Origin: an uncultured Gammaproteobacteria bacterium
Lineage (GTDB): Bacteria; Patescibacteriota; Patescibacteriia; Magasanikbacterales; GWA2-37-8
Length of the DNA stretch: 64,000 nucleotides
NCBI GenBank assembly: GCA_964540825.1
Contig: CAZINT010000001.1
Span: 69,315-133,314 of the forward strand
Direction: 5' to 3'
The translations under genes and the position numbers were made by a program. Of this stretch, positions 28,794 to 37,881 are shown one piece after another (position 1 is the stretch's first letter; every line of letters begins with the position of its first letter). A model generated the notes under the pieces. It made no database searches and had not been told where the DNA came from. It saw only the letters and a program-made list of their open reading frames with translations.

Positions 28794-29648
28794 ATGACAA
28801 AACTTCCATCTCTCGTTGAGATGCTCAAGGCCGGCGTCCATTTCGGCCATCAGGGTTCCCGTTGGCACCCTAAAATGCAACCGTATATCTTTGGTTCTCG
28901 CAATGGGATCCACGTGATTGATTTGGAAAAAACACTCGAACAGCTCGAGACTACACTTGCGTACGTAAAAGCTGAGGCTGCTCAGGGTAAGAAAATTTTG
29001 TTTGTTGGCACTAAACGCCAGGCGCGCGAAATTATTAAAGCTGCTGCGGAAAGTTGTGGAATGCCGTTTTTGGTTGAACGCTGGATTGGCGGTCTCCTTA
29101 CTAACTTTGATGAATTTAAACGTCGTCTTAAAAAATACACCGGTCTCAAAGAACAGGTTAAAACTGGTGAAATTGAAAAATATACTAAAAAAGAACAGTC
29201 GACCCTTAAGAAACAGCTTGAAAAAATGGATAAATACCTCAGTGGTTTGGTAGATGTTACTAGTCTTCCAGACGCACTTTTCATCGCCGATATGCGCGTT
29301 GAAAAAACAGCGATTACCGAAGCTCGCCGCGTTAACCTTCCGGTTGTGGCGGTTTGTGATACCAACGTTGACCCAACGAAGGCTACCTACGTTATTCCGG
29401 CTAATGATGACGCCATTAATTCTATCCGCATGATTGCTCAGCTCGTGGCTGAAGCGGTTAATGAAGGCAAGCGTGAAGGCGAAAAGAATCGCGCTGCTAT
29501 GGTAGTTGAGCGTGAAAAAGAAGTTGTAGCTGCCAAAGAAGCTAAAGTTGTGGTAGAATCTAAAGAAGAAAAGAAACCAACTAGTCCAAAAGCCGCCACT
29601 GCTCCTAAAAAGGAAAAGCGTGCCCTTCAGGTTGGTGAATCTATCTAG
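28794..29648 (+). CDS. rpsB: 30S ribosomal protein S2 (with a charged C-terminal extension)
   Basis: GVHFGHQ motif. Confidence 0.95.
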   Translation: MTKLPSLVEMLKAGVHFGHQGSRWHPKMQPYIFGSRNGIHVIDLEKTLEQLETTLAYVKAEAAQGKKILFVGTKRQAREIIKAAAESCGMPFLVERWIGGLLTNFDEFKRRLKKYTGLKEQVKTGEIEKYTKKEQSTLKKQLEKMDKYLSGLVDVTSLPDALFIADMRVEKTAITEARRVNLPVVAVCDTNVDPTKATYVIPANDDAINSIRMIAQLVAEAVNEGKREGEKNRAAMVVEREKEVVAAKEAKVVVESKEEKKPTSPKAATAPKKEKRALQVGESI

Positions 29649-29750
29649 TAATAAATAACAAAACACAAAATACAAATAACAAGTATTTTTTGTTTTTTGA
29701 TTTGTATTCTGCTTGGTTATTAAAAAATTTGAAATTAAGACTATAATTAT

Positions 29751-30392
29751 ATGACTACAGCTGCTGATATCTCGAAGCTTCGTGCTTCAACAGGCGCTGG
29801 CATGCTTGACTGCAAAGCTGCGCTTGAAGAAGCGAATGGCGACCAGGACAAAGCTGGTGAAATCCTTCGTAAAAAGGGTGTTGTTAAGGCCGCTAAACGC
29901 GCGGACAAAGTTGCTGGTGAAGGAGTGGTTGCCAGCTATATTCATGGCGGCGGTCGCATTGGTGTCCTCGTTGAAGTAAACTGTGAAACTGATTTCGTGG
30001 CGCGCACTGATGCCTTTAAAGATTTAGTCAAAGAAATTGCCCTTCATATTTCTGCGGCTAATCCAAAATTTTTGGATCGCACCGAAGTGCCCGCTGAAAT
30101 GATCGCCAAAGAAAAAGAAATCTATGCTGAACAGCTTAAAGGCAAACCAGCTGAAATGATGGAAAATATTCTTAAAGGTAAAATTGAAAAGTTTTACGAA
30201 GAAATTTGCTTGGTAGATCAATTCTACATCAAGGATGACAGTAAAAAAATTCATCAACTTCTTGCCGAAAAGACCGGTGAAACCGGTGAAAAAATTACGA
30301 TCCGTCGCTTTGCTCGCTTTGAGCTTGGTGAAGGCATCGAAAAACACACTAAGAATTTTGCCGATGAAGTGGCTGAGCAGGTTGCAAAATAA
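29751..30392 (+). CDS. tsf: elongation factor Ts (short form)
   Basis: LRxxTGAGMxDCKxAL N-terminus. Confidence 0.9.
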   Translation: MTTAADISKLRASTGAGMLDCKAALEEANGDQDKAGEILRKKGVVKAAKRADKVAGEGVVASYIHGGGRIGVLVEVNCETDFVARTDAFKDLVKEIALHISAANPKFLDRTEVPAEMIAKEKEIYAEQLKGKPAEMMENILKGKIEKFYEEICLVDQFYIKDDSKKIHQLLAEKTGETGEKITIRRFARFELGEGIEKHTKNFADEVAEQVAK

Positions 30393-30403
30393 AATAGAAT
30401 TTA

Positions 30404-30436
30404 AAAAGACGTTCCACTTGTGGAACGTCTTTTTTG
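30404..30436. terminator. bidirectional intrinsic terminator after tsf
   Basis: AAAAAGACGTTCCACTTGTGGAACGTCTTTTTTG. Confidence 0.85.
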
Positions 30437-30448
30437 TTTTGTATAAAC

Positions 30449-30503
30449 TTCGAGCCAAATATATTTCCAATTTTTTGGAAACATATTTGGGAGGCTCGAA
30501 GTT
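30449..30503. repeat. nested imperfect palindromes at the edge of a GC-rich island (CTTCGAGCC...GGCTCGAAG enclosing TTTCCAATTTTTTGGAAA)
   Basis: Read directly. Confidence 0.5.
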
Positions 30504-30596
30504 TTTTCTCAGCCTCCCCACACGCGTTCAAGCGTTAGTTGAAAGGTGATCCTGAGAGGGTGTGAAGTAGCTTGTTTTGTTCGTGCGCTACTTTTG

Positions 30597-31184
30597 TTAG
30601 TTGGTCGGCAGCCTCAGGAGGCCGCCGGTCTTGTTGATCGGGGTTCCCTCATGGCGCACGCCGCCCGCGATGTAGAAGTAGGAGCCCAGGTTAAACTGGA
30701 ACTCGCGGCCGTCCAGCGCGAACGCCGTGGTGTCCATGCGCAGTGCGAGGATCGTCTTGTAGGGGATGGGTGCCGAGATCGGGGTTCCCATCTGGTTGGG
30801 TCCCCAGTGGGCCGCGCCGTTGGCGAAGGACCAGTTGTGGACCTGGTGGGTCCTGTCCAGGGTCTCGAGGACGTAGCGGGTACCGTCGAGGTTGCTCGCC
30901 AGGCTCCCGGACGCCAGGATGAAGGCCTCGTTGAAGTAGGCCTGGACACAGTCCGTCCCGACCTGACCTTCCACCGAGATGTGGAGCACGTCGGTGTCGG
31001 TGTTCACCGTGATCTCGCCGCTGGGGGTCGAGGGATCCACCTCGAAGTAGGCCCAGGCGTCGCTCAGCTCCCCGGTTCGGCTGACGCACAGGCCGCTTGA
31101 CGAGCTGGTGCTGGCTTGCGGGCTACCGCAGGCGCCGAGCACGAGGTTGAGGCTGATGAGAAGGGATCTGGTTGAGTTTTTCAT
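30597..31184 (-). CDS. small lipoprotein (GC-rich island gene C), function unknown
   Basis: GGAG RBS. Signal MKNSTRSLLISLNLVLGACGS with lipobox LGAC. GC-rich. The in-frame upstream extension to 31337 is considered non-coding. Confidence 0.6.
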   Translation of the reverse strand: MKNSTRSLLISLNLVLGACGSPQASTSSSSGLCVSRTGELSDAWAYFEVDPSTPSGEITVNTDTDVLHISVEGQVGTDCVQAYFNEAFILASGSLASNLDGTRYVLETLDRTHQVHNWSFANGAAHWGPNQMGTPISAPIPYKTILALRMDTTAFALDGREFQFNLGSYFYIAGGVRHEGTPINKTGGLLRLPTN

Positions 31185-31378
31185 TAAGGCTCCGTTGTCA
31201 GAGTGCATATTTTTAGGAGCCGGGCTCCTAGGGATTCCCGTGACGATTATCACGGGCACCTGTTGAGAGGAAGGTGGCAAGCCTAGCACAAAAAAACCAT
31301 TTTTGTCAATGGTTGAGCGGTTTTTTGTTATTGCCAAGCTAATTATTATTTGGTACAGTACGCGAGTTATTATATTAT

Positions 31379-32563
31379 ATGATTTCTCTAACTGTAGCTC
31401 AAAAACGAAGTGGCCCGATTAAAGGCCGACACCCGTGGGTATTCTCCGGGGCTCTCCTCAAAATTCCCGAAGGTCTCAAAAGCGGGGACACCGTAAAACT
31501 CGTTGATGAAACCGGTGCTTTTTTAGCGCACGGCTATTTTAATTCATATTCCCAAATTGCTGTTCGTCTCTGGAGCTGGGATGTAGACGAAACTATTGAT
31601 CAATCATTTTTTGAAAAAAGAATTCTGTCGGCGCTTGACGTGCGCGAACGCTTTGTGGCCAGCAAAGAAACGAATGGTTACCGTGTCGTATATGGTGAGA
31701 ATGATTTACTTCCTGGACTGGTTGTTGATCGCTATGCCGACTATGCAGTGGTTCAATTTCACAACGCCGGTATCGCAGCGTGGAAAAAAGAAATTACCGC
31801 GGCGCTGATAAGCATTCTCGAGCCAAAAGGAATTTACGAACGTTCCGATATGAAAACGCGTCACCTTGAAGCAGGGGAGACGGAAGAAAAAAATAATTTG
31901 CTCTACGGCAAAGTTCCGGACCAGATTAAAATCAAAGAAAACGGATTTACCTTTGTGGTTGATGTTAAGACCGGTCAGAAGACAGGGTTTTTCTTGGATC
32001 AGCGTGACAAACGCGCGGCGCTTCAGAAATACGTGAAAGGAAAACATGTTTTGAATTGTTTTTCCTATACTGGTGGCTTTAGCGTCTATGCTGCTGCGGC
32101 CGGAGCCAAAAGTGTGACGAGCGTGGACGGCTCGGAATCGGCACTCCATCTTGCTGAAGAAAATTTTAAGGTTAATAAACTTGATGAGAAAAAAGCTGAA
32201 TTTATTTTGGCTGATGTAAAACAGTATTTGCCTGAACAAAAGAAGGGCAGCTTTGACGTCATTATCCTCGATCCGCCAGCTTTTGTAAAAGATCGCCATA
32301 AAGTTAGGGAAGGACTGCAGGGATATCGTAAAATCAATGAAATGGCCTTGCGAATTCTGCCTGAAAACGGTATTCTGGTAACAGCGTCGTGCTCGGCGCA
32401 TGTTTCGATGCAAGATTTTCGGTTTATGTTGTCAGAGGCCGCTGCACGAACAGGCCGAACAGTGCAGATTATCGAAACGTTTACGCACGGCATCGATCAC
32501 CCCGAGCTCGTCGCATTTACGGAAGGGGAGTACCTTAAATGTCTGTTTGCGATTGTTCGTTAA
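31379..32563 (+). CDS. class I SAM-dependent 23S rRNA m5C methyltransferase (RlmI-like, PUA domain plus MTase)
   Basis: N-terminal PUA-like region (KGRHPWVF), FSYTGGFSVYAA and ILDPPAF motifs. Confidence 0.75.
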   Translation: MISLTVAQKRSGPIKGRHPWVFSGALLKIPEGLKSGDTVKLVDETGAFLAHGYFNSYSQIAVRLWSWDVDETIDQSFFEKRILSALDVRERFVASKETNGYRVVYGENDLLPGLVVDRYADYAVVQFHNAGIAAWKKEITAALISILEPKGIYERSDMKTRHLEAGETEEKNNLLYGKVPDQIKIKENGFTFVVDVKTGQKTGFFLDQRDKRAALQKYVKGKHVLNCFSYTGGFSVYAAAAGAKSVTSVDGSESALHLAEENFKVNKLDEKKAEFILADVKQYLPEQKKGSFDVIILDPPAFVKDRHKVREGLQGYRKINEMALRILPENGILVTASCSAHVSMQDFRFMLSEAAARTGRTVQIIETFTHGIDHPELVAFTEGEYLKCLFAIVR

Positions 32564-32565
32564 AC

Positions 32566-32790
32566 ATGAAAGATGTTCTATATTTTGTATTGGGCCTGGT
32601 AATGATTTTTATTGCACAGCTTATCGGGGCAGGCTTTTTTTGGCTTCTTCACGGTAATGGAACACCGCAAGAGTTCTGGAGTGAATTCGACAAGGGGATT
32701 GTGTTTCGTAACGAAGTCGTCGGTGGGTTCATTTTGGTGCTTATTATGTATATTATTTTAGAAATAACCGGTAAAATTAATTTTCTATGA
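32566..32790 (+). CDS. small hypothetical two-TM membrane protein
   Basis: Hydrophobic helices. Its start directly follows the rlmI stop. Confidence 0.45.
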   Translation: MKDVLYFVLGLVMIFIAQLIGAGFFWLLHGNGTPQEFWSEFDKGIVFRNEVVGGFILVLIMYIILEITGKINFL

Positions 32791-33788
32791 TTACTATCGC
32801 TATCAATGGTTTTGGTCGTATTGGTCGCCAGGCGTTCCGTGCCGGATTTGGAAAAAAGAATGTGTCCTTTGTCGGTATCAATGACTTAACTGACACCAAA
32901 ACACTCGCGCATCTTTTAAAGCATGATACTTCGTATGGCGCCTATGACCACGAGGTAAGTTTTGACGAAAAAAATATTATTGTCGACGGTACTAAAATTC
33001 CGGTGTTTGCCGAAAAAGATCCAAGCGTTTTGCCGTGGGGAAAAATGAATGTCGATGTTGTGCTTGAGTGCACGGGCCGTTTTACAGAAAAGGCTGGGGC
33101 CGAGCTTCACATCAAAGCCGGTGCTAAAAAAGTAATTGTCAGCGCGCCGGCAAAAGGTGGTGTGCCCACCTACGTCCTCGGTGTTAATTCCGATTTCCTA
33201 TCCAAGGAAACCTCAGAAGTCATTAATAATGCTTCTTGCACCACAAACTGCATTTCACCGGTTATGTTTGTGCTTGAAAAAAACTTTGGGATTGAAAAAG
33301 CAATGATGACCACGGTGCATGGTTATACCGCTGACCAAAATTTACAGGATGGCCCCCACAAAGATCTGCGCCGCGCCCGTGCAGCAGCAGAAAATATTGT
33401 TCCTACCACTACGGGTGCGGCACTAGCTACCACCGAAGCAATTCCATCGCTCGTTGGCAGGTTTGACGGTGTCGCGATTCGTGTGCCAGTGCCGAACGTA
33501 TCGCTTTCTGATATCACGGTCGTTCTTAAAGAAGACGTTACTATTGAGCGAGTAAATCAGGCATTTATTACTGCTGCCAGCGGAAGTACATTCAAAAATA
33601 TTTTAGGCACAACTTCGGAAGAATTAGTATCGTCAGATTTTCGAGGCAGCAGTTTTTCGGCCGTGGTGGATTTAAAATTAACGAATGTGGTTGGAGGAAA
33701 TCTGGTAAAGGTTGTTGCTTGGTATGATAATGAATACGGTTACGCGCACCGGTTAGTTGAGATGGCTGAAGAGTTTGGTAAAAAGTAA
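32787..33788 (+). CDS. gap: glyceraldehyde-3-phosphate dehydrogenase (type I)
   Basis: NGFGRIGR Rossmann motif and SCTTNC active-site motif. Confidence 0.95.
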   Translation: MITIAINGFGRIGRQAFRAGFGKKNVSFVGINDLTDTKTLAHLLKHDTSYGAYDHEVSFDEKNIIVDGTKIPVFAEKDPSVLPWGKMNVDVVLECTGRFTEKAGAELHIKAGAKKVIVSAPAKGGVPTYVLGVNSDFLSKETSEVINNASCTTNCISPVMFVLEKNFGIEKAMMTTVHGYTADQNLQDGPHKDLRRARAAAENIVPTTTGAALATTEAIPSLVGRFDGVAIRVPVPNVSLSDITVVLKEDVTIERVNQAFITAASGSTFKNILGTTSEELVSSDFRGSSFSAVVDLKLTNVVGGNLVKVVAWYDNEYGYAHRLVEMAEEFGKK

Positions 33789-33841
33789 ACTGAAATGCGA
33801 AACCTCCCGGGTGCGGGAGGTGGTGTGGCTCAGAACGAGCT

Positions 33842-34075
33842 TCAGCTGAGCGGGTGGTGGGCGGCGTAGTAGGCCGCGCAGGTGAGGATGGTAAGGCCGA
33901 TGAAGATCGGCAACCAGACAGTTTTGAGCCATCCAGCCGCTTTGGGCGTGCCTTGCAAGAGCAGGGCACGCAGGGTTGTCACGACGATCATGGCGGCGCA
34001 GAACACTGCTGCGGCGAAGCAGAGCGTCGTTGCCAGGGTGAACAGGTTCATCTGGCCCTGCATGTTTGGATCCAT
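33842..34075 (-). CDS. small GC-rich two-TM membrane protein (island gene D), function unknown
   Basis: GAGGAGGG RBS 5 nt upstream. Consensus promoter TTGACA-N17-TATTTT upstream. Hairpin CCTCCCGGGTGCGGGAGG downstream. Confidence 0.6.
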   Translation of the reverse strand: MDPNMQGQMNLFTLATTLCFAAAVFCAAMIVVTTLRALLLQGTPKAAGWLKTVWLPIFIGLTILTCAAYYAAHHPLS

Positions 34076-34103
34076 TGGTCCCTCCTCGGTAAAAGAGCTA
34101 GAT

Positions 34104-34132
34104 AAAATATCCTATTTAACAATTCTTGTCAA
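34104..34132 (-). promoter_or_regulatory. promoter TTGACA-N17-TATTTT driving the small GC-rich membrane-protein gene
   Basis: Reverse complements at 34127-34132 and 34104-34109. Confidence 0.55.
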
Positions 34133-34147
34133 GATAAAATACTTTAT

Positions 34148-35539
34148 ATGAAACGTAGTTTAAGTGTAGAAACAGTAGGGCAGGTTGGTCAGGAAGTTGT
34201 CCTCAAGGGCTGGATCAATGCCCGGCGCAACATGGGCAAGATTGTGTTTTTGGATTTGCGTGATCGAGAAGGAATTACGCAGCTCGTGGGCGTTCCTGCT
34301 GAACTTGATGAGGCCTCACAAGAGCGCCTCAAAGAAGTCCGTCCGGAGTGGGTAATCGAAGTGCGTGGTATCGTGAAAGAACGCGGTGAAAAACAAAAAA
34401 ACCCGGCTATGGCTACGGGTACGATTGAAGTTTTATTGAAAGAACTGATTGTTCTTAACACAGCTGAAACACCGCCCTTTGAAATCGATAAGGATACTAA
34501 AGGCATCACTGAAGAACTTCGCCTTAAATATCGCTATTTAGATTTGCGCAGTGAACGCATGCAGAAAAATATTCGTTTGCGCGACAAAATTATTACGTTT
34601 TTCCGGAGCTACATGCACGACAATGGCTTTTTGGAAGTTGAGACGCCGATCCTGATGAAGGGGACTCCAGAAGGCTCGCGTGAATATATTGTGCCTTCGC
34701 GTCTTCATTCCGGACAATTTTATGTCTTACCGCAGTCACCGCAGCAGTTTAAGCAGCTCCTTATGGTTTCCGGGTTTGAGCGTTATTTTCAAATTGCCCG
34801 CTGCTTCCGCGATGAAGATCAGCGCGGGGATCGTCAGCCGGAGTTCACGCAGCTTGATTTTGAAATGTCATTCGTAAAGCAAGAAGATATTTTGACGTAT
34901 ACCGAAGCGATGTTTATCGAGCTAGTAAAGCAGGTTGCGCCGGAAAAAACCATTTCTACTACACCATTCCCGCGTCTTACCTACGCTGAAGCAGTAGCGC
35001 AATATGGCAGCGATAAGCCGGATATGCGTAAAGATAAAAACGATCCAAATGAGCTCGCTTTTTGCTGGGTGCTTGATTTTCCAATGTTTGAAAAAGATGA
35101 AGAAGGAAATATCCAAGCCATGCATCATCCTTTTTGCAGTGTGAAAGAAGGGGATGAAGCACTGCTTGATACTGACCCGATGAAAGTTCGAGCGAACGCG
35201 TATGATCTAGTCTTAAATGGTTTTGAGCTGAGTAGCGGCAGTATTCGTATTCATACGCGCGATATGCAGAAAAAGATTTTTGATTTGTTGCAGATTAGCG
35301 AGCAAGATCAACAAGAACGCTTCGGCCATATGCTTGAGGCCTTTACCTTTGGCGCGCCACCGCACGGTGGTTTTGCGCCGGGAATTGATCGCATCGTTAT
35401 GCTCCTTGCGGGTGAACCTAACATCCGCGAAGTGATTGCCTTCCCGAAGACGGGCGACGCGCGCGATCTCATGATGGGTGCGCCATCAACGCTTCCAAGC
35501 AAAACACTCGACGAAGTTCATGTATCCCTCAAAAAATAA
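34148..35539 (+). CDS. aspS: aspartate--tRNA ligase, bacterial type but lacking the GAD insertion domain
   Basis: LPQSPQQFKQLLM flipping loop and CFRDEDQRGDRQPEFTQLD motif 2. Only ~20 aa lie between GSDKPDMR and the VLDFPMFE region, where E. coli AspRS carries the ~130-aa GAD domain. Confidence 0.85.
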   Translation: MKRSLSVETVGQVGQEVVLKGWINARRNMGKIVFLDLRDREGITQLVGVPAELDEASQERLKEVRPEWVIEVRGIVKERGEKQKNPAMATGTIEVLLKELIVLNTAETPPFEIDKDTKGITEELRLKYRYLDLRSERMQKNIRLRDKIITFFRSYMHDNGFLEVETPILMKGTPEGSREYIVPSRLHSGQFYVLPQSPQQFKQLLMVSGFERYFQIARCFRDEDQRGDRQPEFTQLDFEMSFVKQEDILTYTEAMFIELVKQVAPEKTISTTPFPRLTYAEAVAQYGSDKPDMRKDKNDPNELAFCWVLDFPMFEKDEEGNIQAMHHPFCSVKEGDEALLDTDPMKVRANAYDLVLNGFELSSGSIRIHTRDMQKKIFDLLQISEQDQQERFGHMLEAFTFGAPPHGGFAPGIDRIVMLLAGEPNIREVIAFPKTGDARDLMMGAPSTLPSKTLDEVHVSLKK

Positions 35540-35545
35540 TTTTCT

Positions 35546-36238
35546 ATGGCGACAAGCGTCAAATTGAAACAATTTGAAGGACCGCTTGATTTGCTGTTGT
35601 CGCTTATCGAGCAGCAACAAATGAATATTAGCGAAGTCTCACTCTCGGATATTACTGAACAATATTTGAAATGGGTGAGCGAGCTCGAGGAACGTTCCGA
35701 AGAATTGGCGGATTTTTTGGTGATCGCTACCAAGCTTTTATATCTTAAATCTCGCTTACTGCTTCCATACCTTTATCCTGCTGAAGAAGAAAACGGGGTA
35801 GGTTTGGCGGATCAGCTTAAGCTCTATAAGCGGTTTGTGGCGGCGAGCGAGCATGTCCACGAGCTCTGGCAGCGTCTTTTTATCAGTTATGGTAGAATAG
35901 AGCCTCCCCTAAAACAGGAAGGATTCACCGTTCCGGCCAATGCGCTGCCAGACAATCTGCATTCGAGTATGCACCTCCTGCTGAAGCGGCTTAAACCGGT
36001 TAATCCGCTCCCGCAGTTGTCGATTGATCGGACTGTTTCGGTCAAAGAACGGATTGAGTCCATCTACGAGGCGCTGCAAAAAATTAAACAGCTTAGTTTT
36101 AAACAAATGCTTGGAAAGACTGAAAGTCGCAGTGAAGTAATCATTACGTTTTTGGCGATTCTTGAATTGGTTAAACAAGAAAAAGTTTCTATTGATCAGG
36201 TCGACAGTTTTGCCGACATGATGCTTAAAAAAGTGTAA
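35546..36238 (+). CDS. scpA: segregation and condensation protein A
   Basis: FEGPLDLLLSLIEQQQMNI N-terminal kleisin motif. Confidence 0.85.
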   Translation: MATSVKLKQFEGPLDLLLSLIEQQQMNISEVSLSDITEQYLKWVSELEERSEELADFLVIATKLLYLKSRLLLPYLYPAEEENGVGLADQLKLYKRFVAASEHVHELWQRLFISYGRIEPPLKQEGFTVPANALPDNLHSSMHLLLKRLKPVNPLPQLSIDRTVSVKERIESIYEALQKIKQLSFKQMLGKTESRSEVIITFLAILELVKQEKVSIDQVDSFADMMLKKV

Positions 36239-36244
36239 TAGCGT

Positions 36245-36799
36245 ATGTCACTCCGTTCTCAATTAGAATCTGTTTTATTTGTTGCGAGTAAACCCCTGAC
36301 GCTCAAAAAGCTGGCAGCAGTGCTTGCAGTTAGCGAAGAAGAAACCGAAAGCTTGCTTAAGGAAGTCGCTGTGCGCTACAATGACCCAGACTCGGGTATT
36401 GTGCTCATACAAAATAACGATGAATGGCAGTTGGTGTCACGAGCAGAAAATCGTGAATTAACTGAACAATTTTTAAAAGCCGAAATTACCGAAGAATTAA
36501 CTCGTCCGCAGCTAGAAACATTGACGGTTATTTCGTATTGCGGTCCGATTACCAAGCCTGAGCTTGAGCAGATTCGCGGTGTTAACTGCAGCATTATCCT
36601 GCGTAACCTTATGCTCCGGGGCCTCGTTAAAGAACTCGATGATGAACTGCACTTGTTGCCGCGCTATCAAATAACAATGGAATATTTGCGTCACTTGGGT
36701 TTAACGAGTGTTGAAGAACTCCCCGAGTATAACGAACTCCATGCCCACGAATTTGTGGAAACAATTCGTGCTGCGAGCGCTCCGCTGTCTAACGGTTAA
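36245..36799 (+). CDS. scpB: segregation and condensation protein B
   Basis: LESVLFVASKPL N-terminus with tandem winged-helix pattern. Confidence 0.85.
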   Translation: MSLRSQLESVLFVASKPLTLKKLAAVLAVSEEETESLLKEVAVRYNDPDSGIVLIQNNDEWQLVSRAENRELTEQFLKAEITEELTRPQLETLTVISYCGPITKPELEQIRGVNCSIILRNLMLRGLVKELDDELHLLPRYQITMEYLRHLGLTSVEELPEYNELHAHEFVETIRAASAPLSNG

Positions 36800-36804
36800 T
36801 AGGT

Positions 36805-37827
36805 ATGTTTAAAACCAAACTCCTTAATTTTATTTCGAGCTACGGCACCATGGGGCTTGGTGTTATTTTGCTGTTTACCGGATCGGTTTTTTTCACTCAA
36901 GCCAAGACGGAAAAATATCACCCTTTCCCGGTAGCTGGAAACCGTTCTGATGCGGGGATTGGCGGAGATATACATGTAACGCTGCCTGCAGCGCAGCCGA
37001 CCATACCTCTCCTTAAAAATGTGAGCAGTACGTTTGACACTGTGCTGAGTGCCCCTGCGGTTATTGCGGTTGACGATGTCTCGGGAGCAATTCTCTATAG
37101 TAAAAATGCCGATGCCGTTCGCCCCCTGGCCAGTATTACCAAGCTCATGACCGCACTTGTGCTTCTTGACCTGCCAGTTTCTTGGGCGAGCACAACTATT
37201 ATTACCGCTGAAGATTGGGACGGTGAAAGTCATTTAGTTGAAGTGGGTGAAAAATATACCTTAGAAGATCTTTGGCATATTGCGCTGATTGGTTCTTCAA
37301 ATACTGCTATTAGCGCACTGGTGAGGAGTAGTGGTGTTTCAAGCACGCAATTTGTAGCGCTTATGAATGCTAAGGCGCAAAGTCTTGGTCTTACCACAGC
37401 CTCATTTATAGAACCGACGGGTTTACATAGCGGCAATGTGGCCAGCCCCAGTGATACGGTTGTGCTTCTAAAAGAAGCGGTGCGGCGCGACAAAATTTTT
37501 AAAGCACTTCATACGGGCGAATACTATGCTTCGCCGCTGGGCGGTGCTAAACAGCGGCGTATTTGGAGTACTAATTGGCTCCTTACCAAGTGGATCCCTA
37601 ATGAGTTTAGTGTTGAAAATATTGTCGGAAAAACTGGGTACATTAATGATTCTTTGTATAATTTTACAGTGAGACTTACCGATGAGCGCGGGCATGCCGT
37701 CCGCGTGGCGGTGCTCGGGGCTGCAACTGCGGAGGATCGTTTTACCGAAGCACGGGACAGTGCCATGTGGGTCTTTAAAAATTATGTTTGGCCGGGAGAT
37801 CCGGGTTACGATACGCTCGCTGAATAG
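36805..37827 (+). CDS. D-alanyl-D-alanine carboxypeptidase (S11 family, low-molecular-weight PBP)
   Basis: SITK (SxxK), SSN and KTG motifs. N-terminal TM/signal. Confidence 0.8.
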   Translation: MFKTKLLNFISSYGTMGLGVILLFTGSVFFTQAKTEKYHPFPVAGNRSDAGIGGDIHVTLPAAQPTIPLLKNVSSTFDTVLSAPAVIAVDDVSGAILYSKNADAVRPLASITKLMTALVLLDLPVSWASTTIITAEDWDGESHLVEVGEKYTLEDLWHIALIGSSNTAISALVRSSGVSSTQFVALMNAKAQSLGLTTASFIEPTGLHSGNVASPSDTVVLLKEAVRRDKIFKALHTGEYYASPLGGAKQRRIWSTNWLLTKWIPNEFSVENIVGKTGYINDSLYNFTVRLTDERGHAVRVAVLGAATAEDRFTEARDSAMWVFKNYVWPGDPGYDTLAE

Positions 37828-37881
37828 AAAAGACATTCAAAGTGTGCTATACTAAATTAGTAGCACGCTTTTTATTTTAGT

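Noticed and set aside
30546-31100. 184-aa plus-strand ORF and the overlapping 30614..30949 / 30691..31089 minus-strand frames in island 3
   Set aside because: Same GC artefact. They overlap the supported lipoprotein gene 30597..31184 in other frames and have Arg/Pro/Gly-rich translations typical of off-frame GC-rich DNA.
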